Shown: positions 26,181 through 37,173 of the stretch, piece after piece
How the letters are laid out: each line of letters begins with the position of its first letter
Numbering within the stretch: the first letter of the stretch is position 1
Assembly: GCF_031769215.1 (NCBI RefSeq)
Contig: NW_026781943.1
Span: 744,001-808,000 of the forward strand
Direction: 5' to 3'
DNA from: Ylistrum balloti
Lineage: Eukaryota
DNA length: 64,000 nucleotides
Notes under the pieces: generated by a model
The model's input: the letters and a program-made list of their open reading frames with translations, nothing else
Database searches by the model: none
Told to the model about the DNA's origin: nothing
Position numbers and translations under genes: made by a program

Positions 26181-27621
26181 ATACATTTACCAAATACACA
26201 AGTCTTGTACTCAATCAGGATCAGAGTTAATCAATAACATTTACCACTAAAGGTTATAAATGAGGTATTTACCAAATACACAAGTCTCGTACACGATCAA
26301 GACCGCAGACTAAATGACATATATTTACCAAATATACAAGTCTTGTACAAGGTCAAGACTGAAGATTATACATGACAGATATTTACCAAATATACAAGTC
26401 TCGTACACGATCAGGATCGAAGACTAAATGACATATATTTACCAAATATACAGGTCTTGTACATGATCAAGACTGAACTATAAATGACAGATATTTACCA
26501 AATATGTCTTATATAAGTCTCGTACACGATCAAGACCGAAGACCATAAATGACCAATATTTATCAAATATACAAGTCTCGTACACGATCAGGATCGAAGA
26601 CTTTAAATGACAGATATTTACCAAATATACAGGTCTTGTACATGATCAGGATCGAAGACGTTAAATGATAGATATTTACCAAATATACAAGTCTTGTACA
26701 CGATCAGGATCGAAGACGTTAAATGACAGATATTTACCAAATATACAGGTCTTGTAGACAATCAGGATCGAAGACTTTAAATGACAGATATTTACTAAAT
26801 ATACAAGTCTTGTACACGATCAGGATCGAAGACTTTAAATGACAGATATTTACCAAATATACAAGTCTCGTACACGATCAAGACCGAAGACTAAATGACA
26901 GATATTTACCAAATATACAGGTCTTGTACAAGGTCAGGATCGAAGACTAAATGACAGATATTTACCAAATATACAAGTCTTGTACACGATCAGGATCGAA
27001 GACTTTAAATGACAGATATTTACCAAATATACAAGTCTTGTACACGATCAGGATCGAAGACTTTAAATGACAGATATTTACCAAATATACAAGTCTTGTA
27101 CAAGGTCAGGACCGAAGACGTTAAATGACAGAAATTTACCAAATATACAAGTCTTGTACACGATCAGGATCGAAGACGTTAAATGACAGATATTTACCAA
27201 ATATACAAGTCTTGTACAAGGTCAGGACCGAAGACAATAAATGACAAATATTTACCAAATATACTGGTCTTGTACACGATCAGGATCAAAGACGTTAAAT
27301 GACAGATATTTACCAAATATACAAGTCTCGTACACGATCAGGATCGAAGACTATAAATGACAGATATTTACCAAATATACAAGTCTTGTACACGATCAGG
27401 ATCGAAGACTATAAATGACAGATATTTACCAAATATACAAGTCTTGTACACGATCAGGATCGAAGACTTTAAATGACAGATATTTACCAAATATACAGGT
27501 CTTGTACACGATCAGGATCGAAGACTTTAAATGACAGATATTTACCAAATATACAAGTCTTGTACACGATCAGGATCGAAGACTTTAAATGACAAGATAT
27601 TTACCAAATATACAAGTCTTG
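26181..27621. repeat. Tandem array C: 56-58-bp unit, ~25 copies
   Basis: Unit ATATTTACCAAATATACAAGTCTTGTACACGATCAGGATCGAAGACTTTAAATGACAG; copies at the left end are degenerate. Confidence 0.95.
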
Positions 27622-29105
27622 ATATACACAATTATTTCTGGATTAACTGTAGTATTACATATATAGATTCTACATTGATATGATGACAGATTTGTTTTGT
27701 TTCAACATTAACGTCCATGTCTGTTATAAACCTCATCATGTTATCACAAAGATCTTCAATAACAAGATTATAGTCTTGCAGGATTTACATTCAAATGATG
27801 TTTAAAAATCATATAGACTCTAGACTCTAGTTTCTCCTATCCCTGTTGCTTCCTTTATAAGTGGCCATAGTAACCATTTACACTTTGTCCACACAAGATA
27901 ACATAAAAAGAAACAAAAGTTAAAAAATCTCTCCATCTTGATGGAAAACAATTCCAATCACAATTTGGCATCACACTTTGCATCAAATTTTCACCTGATC
28001 AGAGAAATTAAAGTAAATGATTTCTGCGTTAAATTCGATATGTATAAGAAGAATACTTAAACATATGAACTGCTTTGAAAACTATACCCAAAATAAACTA
28101 CTTGTTGAATTTTTGGGTATAGGGTAGATATAAGCATAGTTTTTGGCATTAGAATCATAATTCTGCTCGTCAGTACTCTAAACCTCCAATATTTCACACT
28201 CCTGGTAACAGCAGTGATACAGAGAACTACAATTGATTTCAAGTTAATTATAAATTTCAAATTATCACTTCCTTTTCCAAACCGAAATGTTTTTTTATTT
28301 ATCAAGAACATTAACAATAATGACATGATGAGAGATTTTATTCATTCAGCTAAATTAATGAATAGATTATTTTCTTAAACTTAAAAATGACCTGCATTTA
28401 TGTATAATATCTTCAGAAAATACTGCATACAATAAACCATGGTATTAAAAGTCAATTAAACAAGTTTATTGTGTAAATAAATTTCACTTCCTTCTTAAAA
28501 TATTCAATATAGATATGCAAGCAAAGGAAAAAAGACACTCTACTAGTACACAAGCACACCCACAACACTGGTTTTTTTATGGTGTATGGTGACTGCGGAA
28601 TGTTGACAATATATTTCAGTTTTCACATTTTTTAAAAAAAAAATTTTTCAATATCTATATAGTACGAACAATTATTTCAAACTAAATTATTTCAATTGTC
28701 AAATATAAGCTGCTATGAAATTTCACAAATATTAACATAATACAACAATTTCAATGACTTTGAAGGGAAGATTGAATGTTTAAATGTTGATAAGTATGTT
28801 AGAAAAGACTTAACCTGTGAGATGTTATTGTGGCTGTATAACATTGAAGGAATAACACTACTTACACATAATTCTTCAATCATTTCTGTAATATCATATT
28901 TAATGTGAAATCTCATGATAAAAGACTGCCATACGAGCTAAATCTGTTATAGTCATTTTCATGAATGATATTTTACTTCTAAAATTATGTGTGAATCAAT
29001 TTCTATCATGAAACAGGAATTTTTCAATTTCATCCAAATTTATAACTAAAGTTTACTTCTTATGAAATTACAATGTACATGTTTCACCCAAATCTATAAG
29101 CAATA

Positions 29106-29292
29106 CCGTATATCGGGATATTTTTGCGTCATGCAAAGATGTAGATTCATCAACTCTAATGGTGCATTATTTACATATTTCCAATAACCAGAAAACATGC
29201 AATTTTTTTTAATTAATTCATTTTTATCATTTTTGAAATGGTTGCTAAATACACAAAAATATAAAAACCAGCAAAAACTTCCTGATATGCGG
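29106..29292. mobile_element. 187-bp Tc1/mariner-type MITE with TA TSD
   Basis: TA|CCGTATATCGGGATATTTTTGC ... GCAAAAACTTCCTGATATGCGG|TA; imperfect ~22-bp TIRs with 4 mismatches. Confidence 0.75.
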
Positions 29293-30081
29293 TATACTTT
29301 TTTGATAAACATACCCGGTATAAACAGAAAAATATGTTTCTGAGTCCTAGAGATGAAATACATTGGGCAGTAGTTGGAAATACATTGTTAAATAGGTTGT
29401 GGCACACATTTTCTTACATTGATCATAATACTAGCATACAATTAAACATAACAGGTAGGAACAAGGGGAAACAGCTTAAGAAATCATTTCTCTATGTCTT
29501 AATAACAAAGAAAATAGAAAACCAAACAACAAAAATGATCCTGGATCACTGGGGGTAAAACAACAGAGATTAAGTGCAGGCATTGAACAGCACTGGGTGG
29601 TATCAAAACAGTGTATGACAGTGAAGTAAACTGCACTGCAAGGTTGTGTGACTTCCATCCTTTATTCAGATCACTGATCACTGAAGGAATTAGCCTTCTA
29701 ATGATTCAGAGAACCTAATTCTTCTCTCCTGAACTCCTGTCTGATGGTTGAAACAGACTCGGCTCCAATTTCAATATTAAGATACTCAATAATATTGAGT
29801 AATTCTCCTAATGTAATATACTGGAATTAGTTGTACCATGTTCCTGTGGTTAGTTCAGGAACCCACTAAAATAATCTGAGTCAACGAGCACATGGGACTT
29901 AATGATTTTAATTGATATACAAGGATTAATAAGACTAGATTGTGAAAAATCGAAAAAAAAAACCCAGAAAATTTTATTGAAACAGTGTGTTTATTTCCTA
30001 AGTAACAGGCTGTATGAACCACCAGGCTTATAAGTTAACACCAGGTATCTAAATTGGACTAAATAACTATATTCCCCTTTT

Positions 30082-30289
30082 GTTTAATTTGATTTGTTTA
30101 TTGTTATTTACATCCGTTCAGGGTCACTAAAGGACATGCCAGGTTTGGCTTGTGAAGGAAAGATGGAGTTCCAAAGGAAAAACCACCAACTTGCAACCAA
30201 TACCTGGTGAATGCCTCATGTGGGTCTTGAACCTGTGACCCAGAGGTCAGACTGTCAGACGGCTTAACCACTCAGCCATCGCAGCCCCC
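30082..30289 (-). mobile_element. tRNA-derived SINE with a conserved central domain
   Basis: On the - strand: GGGGGCTGCGA, A box TGGCTGAGTGG (30268-30278), B box GGTTCAAGACC (30223-30233), central GGTGGTTTTTCC...GGAACTCC..TTTCCTTCAC and an A-rich tail. It lacks a tRNA 3' acceptor stem. Confidence 0.8.
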
Positions 30290-31017
30290 ATTTTTTAATT
30301 GCTATGAGTAAACTTTATTTAATATGGAATGTCCAAGATACATCATAAATATTTTAACACTACCATACTTGGATCTGGGCAGAAGCCTTTGAATATGGCA
30401 AGAATCCAATCAGTGTGACATCCAAGGACTGTCCTGGCTATAGTTAACATGATCCTTAACAGTCATACATGGATAGCACTTTAGTTCACAAAATCAGTAC
30501 AGCCTTCATGGGACAATAGGTATACTCATGTACAACATGATGCTTTTGTGAAGAACTTACATGTTTTTTTTCTCAAACAGGTACTGTTTGCTAATCGACT
30601 TAAATGGCAAAGTGCTGTACACTTTTACTAAAAATGATGTTCACAAACATCCTGTTTTCCATGGTAACAAAAAATGTGAAAATGGAGACTAAATATCTCA
30701 GCAATATAGAACAAACATCATATTAAACTTTTCCTCTTAATCACACATTCTTATACTTCATTATTTTTTTTTACTTTATTGTTGGTTTTGTAACAAAGCC
30801 TTCATAATTCACAACAGAAAAGACTTGGCTGCTAGATATATCTTCATACAATAGTATTATCAGCGTGACCACTCAAAATACCCAAGGATTACAATAGGGA
30901 TAGTGCCAAATTCCACAAGAAAAACATTCTTCCGACTCGATATGATAAACTTCTTACAAAAAGCTAATATTCCGCAAAGCAGAAAGATTGATCCAATAGA
31001 CTACTAGAGTCTACAGT

Positions 31018-34000
31018 TCACTGAGTATCAGATGCGAGGTCCCCAGCCATTGAGCCTGTGTCAAAGGACACATTGTCTACTTTGACAAAGAGCTGTAACA
31101 AGTGTTCAACCACCTCAAGCAGTGGTTCACAGAGCTTTGTGTAGCCTTCAGGTGTCAGATGAAGGTAGTCGTACATGTCACCTGCCCCTATTGTCCCATC
31201 ACTGCCGATAAACACCTCATCTTCCACAGCAAAGAACGTCACGTTTTCCCGCCGTTGTAGTTTTCCTTCAAGTAAAGAATTCACTTTGCTATTCTTTATC
31301 CTCAGAGGGTTAGGATTTTGTCCTCTGGGCAGGACACCCTGAAACACAAAAATCACAATATCTAGGCCTTTGTTGATGTTGGTGACAGAGAAATATATAT
31401 CACACTAAAGGTCAATGTACAAAGTGATACACAGAACTCAATTTCAACCCCCCCCCCCCCTCCCCCCACTTCTCAGAGAAACAGATTTTTTTATCTAGCA
31501 AATACCTAGGTAAGTTCACAGACAGCTAATAAACTCTGTAATATACATCTCTGTTTAATAGAATCCACATTATAGCTGTTCTTATTGATGTCTGAATTAG
31601 TAGAGGCTGATGTTGATTAATTTTAACTGAGGAAAAAGAATTTAAAACACTTGTATCTATTTCATGGTACCAGACGCGACCTTCCTCCAAACAAGTCTTA
31701 GATGCAGCTTTAAGTAAATAACGAAGTTCTTTTAACCAAGAATGTTTTCAGTCCAACAAAAAATTGGTAGATTGTCCCTATTTGGCCCTGTTCTTCTGGC
31801 CTCAGGGGACTAAAACCCACCGTTATACATAACTAATTTTCCTTCACCCAAGCATGCTTCAGACTTAATTTGGATAATATCATACGACTCATGAAGAACA
31901 AGAGAGATTTTGAAGAAATTGATAGATTTTCCCTATTGGGCCTGGATTTATTGGTAAATGTCATTTCTTTTGTTCTTAAAACTTGCCGGGCTTTGACCTA
32001 CTAACAGCTTTCCACCAAATATCCTGCTTCTTGGACTTTTGGTTTACCAAAAGAAGTCTTTTACAAGTTTTGATCTTTTGACCCCAGTGACCTTGAATAT
32101 GGTTCAATGTCATCTTTTTTTCTGTTTTTTTTTTTTGCAAAAATTGTCAGGCTTCATCCCAAAGACCTATCAGCCAAACATGCTTCTTCACCTTTAGTTA
32201 ATCAGAAGAAGTTCAAGGTTTTACCAAATTTGATCCCTTTGACCTTGAAGAAGGTTTAGGATCATTTCTGTTTAAAAAAATCCCATGAGGCCTCATCCTA
32301 GGAGCCTGTAATCCAAATACCATGCTTCTGCACCTTTTTGCTAGGCTTAAGAAGTAATTTGAAGGTTTTAACAAATTCAACCCTGAGACCTTGAATATTT
32401 GTCAAGTTCCTTTTTGTTGGCAAACATTGTTGGGCTTCATCATATGAACCTATTAGCCAAATATCTTGCTTCTTAAGATTTTTGGTTGGTCAGAAGAAGT
32501 TGTTTAAGGCTTTAACGAATTTGATCCCTGTGACCTTAAAGTTGGGTCAAGGTCACTTCTTTCCTCAAGATTTGTTTGGCCTTATCCAAGAAACCTGTAA
32601 GCCAAACAATAACTTTAGGGCTCCAGTTTATTGAGAAGTCTTTCAAAATAGGAAAGTTGACATTGGTCGGACAGACACCACACCACAACATAAGCTCATT
32701 TGGCTCTTTAGTACGGGTGAGCTAAAAATAAAAATACATTTCATATCTTTTATACATTCTCTGTAAACAGTCTTTATGTATGTCAACATTAACAGTTTCC
32801 ACATGTAAACTTCAATCTATCCCATCAAAGATCAACACCCTCTATTCATCATGACTTTTTGTGTAGACTAGTCTGTGTGGATGAAATAATCTGCCCTTTA
32901 GAAGCTTGCTGTCATACTGCAATGGGCCTCGTATATGTTGTTCAGCAAAGTAATCACCAGCTAGTACTAGGAGACCTCAAATTGATCCTCGCTGTTGACA
33001 GGGCAATAAACCAAGAAAAGAAAACAATAGCAACGATGATAAATAATCAGTTAAAACATTACCATGACGACAAGTTGTGCATCCTTTTGCTTACTCCGTA
33101 TCACACAAACAATCTCCATGATCCCATCCACGATTTGCTCAGCAGTGTGGTTATGGTTATTGGTACCAACCATAAGAACGATTACCTAGTCAACATGAAG
33201 ACAATAGTTATCATCAGATATAGATCCTCTGCTTGTGTGGGGCACATTTTATCAATTCTGTTCAATATCCACAACAGTTTCTAATAATCAACTCTGAATT
33301 TTTTTTCCTCAAAATTTGTCAGGCTTTGACTTGGCTACATGTTTCCACCAAATATCCTGCTTGTTGGATTTTCCTTAACTTAAGAAGTTGGTTACAAGTT
33401 TCGACAATTTGTCCATTGTATCCTTGAATAAGATTCAGGGTCATTTCTTTTTATAACCTTTGTCTGGATATTTTGGTTAGTCAGAAGAAGCTATTTTAAT
33501 AGTTTATCAAATTTGACCTCGTGACCTTGAATAAAGCTCAAGATAATTTTTTTCTTCAAACTTTTTCAGGCTTCATCCAAGCAATCTACTTGCCAAATAT
33601 CACGACATATGTAAGTTATTGAGAAAATGTCATTTAAATGGAAAAGTTGACACCAGACAACTGACGACAGAAGCTACATCACAGCATAAGCTCATCTGGC
33701 CAAAAGGGCAAGGTGAACTAAAAAAATATACAATTACAGCCGAGTAAAAGTGTTTCAAACCAGGATTATCTGCATTTGAGAATCTGTTTTTAAGCAGAAC
33801 AATGTCTAAAATTCTATCTGAATGAACAGTCAATTTCCAAGCGTGATTAAATACATAATTTTACTCCTAAATCACAAAAAAAAATCTTTGACAAAAGAAT
33901 GTGAATCAATGATAGCCAGTCTAAGGAATATTTTCACAGAATGATAACATCTATCTATATCAACAGCTTTTTGAAATATTTTCTAGGAAGGGTTATATAA

Positions 34001-36569
34001 TTTTGGAATATTGTGTTCATGAAGAGTTGCCTACCTTTGGTGATACATCATCCAGCTCTCCATTAGTGGCTCGCCACAGAACATGTTGTGTCTGGTCACC
34101 ACCGATACCAAAGTTAAGACAATGCAGAGGTTCGAATAGGGTATTCCACACCTAAAATCAAATAGCTCAATCTTGTCCAAATTATTCTGACATTCTATCA
34201 ACTTTTATATCTTGTTGAGTTTGTTGTATTCAAGTTGATATAAAAGTTGATAGAAAGCCAGAAAGACTATGCTCATTCATAACCTGGAATTTTTTGCTAG
34301 TACATTTCAACTTCCACATATTATTCAATTTTATTATTACATAACGAGGTATACCAACTGTTGCACATATTCTGGTCACATCACCAGATGCTAAATATAC
34401 CATCTGAGGTGTTGCCCACACCATCCACTTCTCAGTTAAAGGTTAAAATGCCTAGTGTTGGGCCCTGAGGCAACCCCTACTTATTTACATTCATTCTGTG
34501 AATCAAGTCCCGGGCATCTTTGAAATGTTACTAGACAGGTTAACAATTTTTTTTATACAGAAATGTATTCAGTCTCAAAAGAATAATAATCCACATTTCA
34601 GTTTGTTCAGTTTGAATATTCGCGGTAATGCGATGATGTTGTCCTAAACATATAAATATATAGAAATCCAGTATATAGCTGCTTGATTGTTAACATACAA
34701 TGATCATGAAATGTTTCCTTTAGACCATGTACACGACAATGTAATCACGTGTACTGTTGGATGTCAGCAATACTAGATTGCAGCCCTTGGATTATACCGA
34801 AAGTAGATGGCCTTTACGTTAAAGAGATTACCTTATTTGGTAACTGCAGTTAAACTTACTCTGGATTCTAACAAGCAAACATTAATACTCATTTTAAAAA
34901 CTTTTTGGACTAACTTTCTGTGATGACAAGATAAAAGTGCCTGGTCTTCATACGAAATTACAGAATTATTACTTACTTTGGAAAATCTCATTTGCTGGAT
35001 AATTGAATCACCAATGAGGAGGACTTCTGGCTCTTTTTCTTTTCCCTCAGTAATAAATCGTTGATGCTGAAACAAAAAATATAAAACCAGTACAGACACT
35101 ATACTAGTTTTTTTTTCTCAGCAGAAATCTGGGGCCAAATATGGGCCATGTGACAAAAGCAAAAGACACATGACATTTTGACAACATAAAGTTGACTCTG
35201 ATACCATGGCTCCCCATGCTGAACTTACTGGCTCATTTTCAGTAATTTGTCCCATTCCAAGCATTATAATTCCCCAAAGTATGGTAATTTAATAAATTGT
35301 TTAAAAAATTCAGATGGTGCCTTTCTGTGACAACTTCGTGACAGTCTACCCTGGTTTAGATATTTTAAGTGCACTTTCGTGACAATCATTTTCTGTTACC
35401 TTTTGATATCTATAAAACAAAATGCATGTTTTAGCTACATACAGCTGAAATACAGCCTTGTATTGTATACTATTTTCAGCTCGAAATATGAAAAAAAATT
35501 TGAATAAATGGCATTTAAAAGCTGAGTAATTTTCTGATTGATTTTTATTCTTTTTTGCCGTATGTCACTTTTGATGTATTTGTATTATTTTTCTTACAAA
35601 AAAATGAGATTCACCTGTCATTAGCCGACAAAATAGCTTCGCAAAAATGCTGTGTGGCATTTTAAAAAAGAGCAGGCATGATAACGCCAGTCCAGGGGTT
35701 TAGGGACAGTGTTTGGCAACACTATTTTTTAAGGCATTAGGTGGATTTCAAAATTACCCTGTCCTAAATCAAATCTATGCCGGCCCCCTAACCTTCCCTT
35801 CCACTTCTGGACATGTTTCAGACTGAGTTCAGAGTTAGGTTAAGGCATTATTAGGCCATGGAGCCGTCTTCTAAAACTCGCCTAATCATACACACACCCC
35901 AAAGACTGTTCCACCACACTGAGGGGGATGCAGGTCACTCCCTCACATCGCTGGAACATTTTCATTCATCCGTGAGATGATATCCATCAATGGGAGGAGT
36001 CACAGACGGAAAACCTGCCTACCATCCAACCTGCCAAGTCACTACTGGGCCCAGTTTCTTATCCCTCTATATTAAATGCCCCTGCATGTACCTATCGATG
36101 ATGATTTAAATTGTTTTTTGTAGGAAATTTTATAATGCTGTTTTCACATATTGAACAGGCACTAACCTCGTTTCCAAAACAGTCTGAAAGCCTGTTGCAG
36201 TGTTGACACACACGCAAATGACTAGCAAACAAAACCCGCGTTGAGTTCTTTCATGAATACACTCATGGGGGAAAAGTTGTGAGTGGACAGGTTGGGGAAG
36301 CGTTGTGTAGTTGTCTTAGAGCCTGATCATGAAAACTGATAGAGGGTCTGAACAAAATTCCATTTTGTTAAATATATCGTGTCAGGGTCAGTGAAAGAGG
36401 CAATCTCGAAAAAGACGGATATGCGGGAAAAAAAACAACAACAGACACGATTGGTGAATTCACTGCATAAATAAAACAAACAAGTGACTACCTGACTCAT
36501 CCAGCGTCCATCCCCCTGAACATCTTCTACAGGTTCCGGACTATCTGCACAATTTTTCATTTCTGCCAT
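31018..36569 (-). CDS. PAFAH1B2: Platelet-activating factor acetylhydrolase IB catalytic subunit (alpha1/alpha2 co-orthologue, SGNH hydrolase), 242 aa. Coding exons (-): 36569-36492, 35066-34977, 34151-34035, 33185-33063, 31338-31018
   Basis: Five phase-0 exons with GT-AG introns. Motifs EDVQGDGRWMSQH, GDSI (catalytic Ser), LNFGIGGD.TQHVLWR, VGTNN, GVLPRG..PNPLR and DYLH (Asp/His) are all intact. Confidence 0.96.
31690..32728 (-). mobile_element. HINE-like element with internal ~145-152-bp tandem subunits, in PAFAH1B intron 4
   Basis: The right end has the AGCTCA...TGAGCT hairpin plus A run (32693-32728) preceded by GGACAGACA. GACCTTGAA-type anchors occur at ~32089, 32241, 32387 and 32532. 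The left boundary is approximate. Confidence 0.65.
33290..33726 (-). mobile_element. Second, shorter copy of the same HINE-like family, in PAFAH1B intron 3
   Basis: Same subunits (CCAAATATC.TGCT...CAGAAGAAG...AAATTTGACC..GTGACCTTGAA) and the same end (ATAAGCTCATCTGGCCAAAAGGGCAAGGTGAACTAAAAAAA). Confidence 0.65.
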
Positions 36570-37173
36570 GTGATGTGGAGTTGTCAGCAAATCAATGCAT
36601 CACGGAAGCAACATCTGTCGGAGGATGCGCAGCCATGCCGAATACAGTTGGCTAGCTTTTGTGTGGTCGAGACGACATAAACTATATTATGGTTGGTTCG
36701 ATCAGAACAGCCAGTCGTAAAAATCGCAGCTTGATTAGTTTTGCTTGTAATGGCAAATAGGAAATGTGCTGGTTGGAAAAAAGACAAATATTTTGAACTG
36801 ATTACATTACATGTAATCGAAATCAGAGACCTTCTCTGTCGAAAAATAATTAAAATAGCAGAAGTTCTATGCCACACCATTAAAAAGAAACAAATGAAAT
36901 TTCTCTATGTTAATGATGTCTTTTGGAATGTCAGATTTGATCATCAAAGACATTAGTCATAATTATCTCAAAATCCTTTATAAAAAACCGTGACACTCGA
37001 CAAAAACCATTGCCGGTACGATAATTATTGATGCTAACCGAACGCACCTCCCAAGGCTTAAAATCATATTTCTGAGTAGGTGAAATGCTTGAAACAACTC
37101 ATTATCAGCAGAAGTTTATAAGCATCTGAATAACTTAGAGTGACATTGGATATGGTGATATTGCTTCAACACA
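36570..37173. promoter_or_regulatory. Bidirectional promoter region between PAFAH1B (-) and COX18 (+)
   Basis: The divergent start codons are 604 bp apart; CpG-containing stretch at 36590-36730 with CGGAAGC and TGCGCA motifs. Confidence 0.6.

Noticed and set aside
24127-27621. Palindromic 28-61-bp repeats superficially like CRISPR arrays
   Set aside because: The units are directly tandem with no unique spacers, there are no cas genes, and the context is an intron-containing eukaryotic genome.
30082-30289. Possible tRNA gene
   Set aside because: It has A and B boxes but no 3' acceptor stem and continues into a SINE body and tail; a tail fragment recurs at 8505.
32859-33284. 141-aa plus-strand ORF, and similar ORFs at 47608-47938, 53125-53448 and 53855-54188
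   Set aside because: These are antisense or alternative-frame shadows of real PAFAH1B and VANGL exons with no family resemblance.
34800-34830. Shared motif GGCCT(C)TTACGTTAAAG here and at ~60535
   Set aside because: Probably the terminus of a dispersed repeat, but too short to define an element.
35100-36110. Transposon-like sequence in PAFAH1B intron 1 (repeated GTGACAA, short inverted repeat at 35700-35770)
   Set aside because: I could not define termini, a TSD or a coding remnant.
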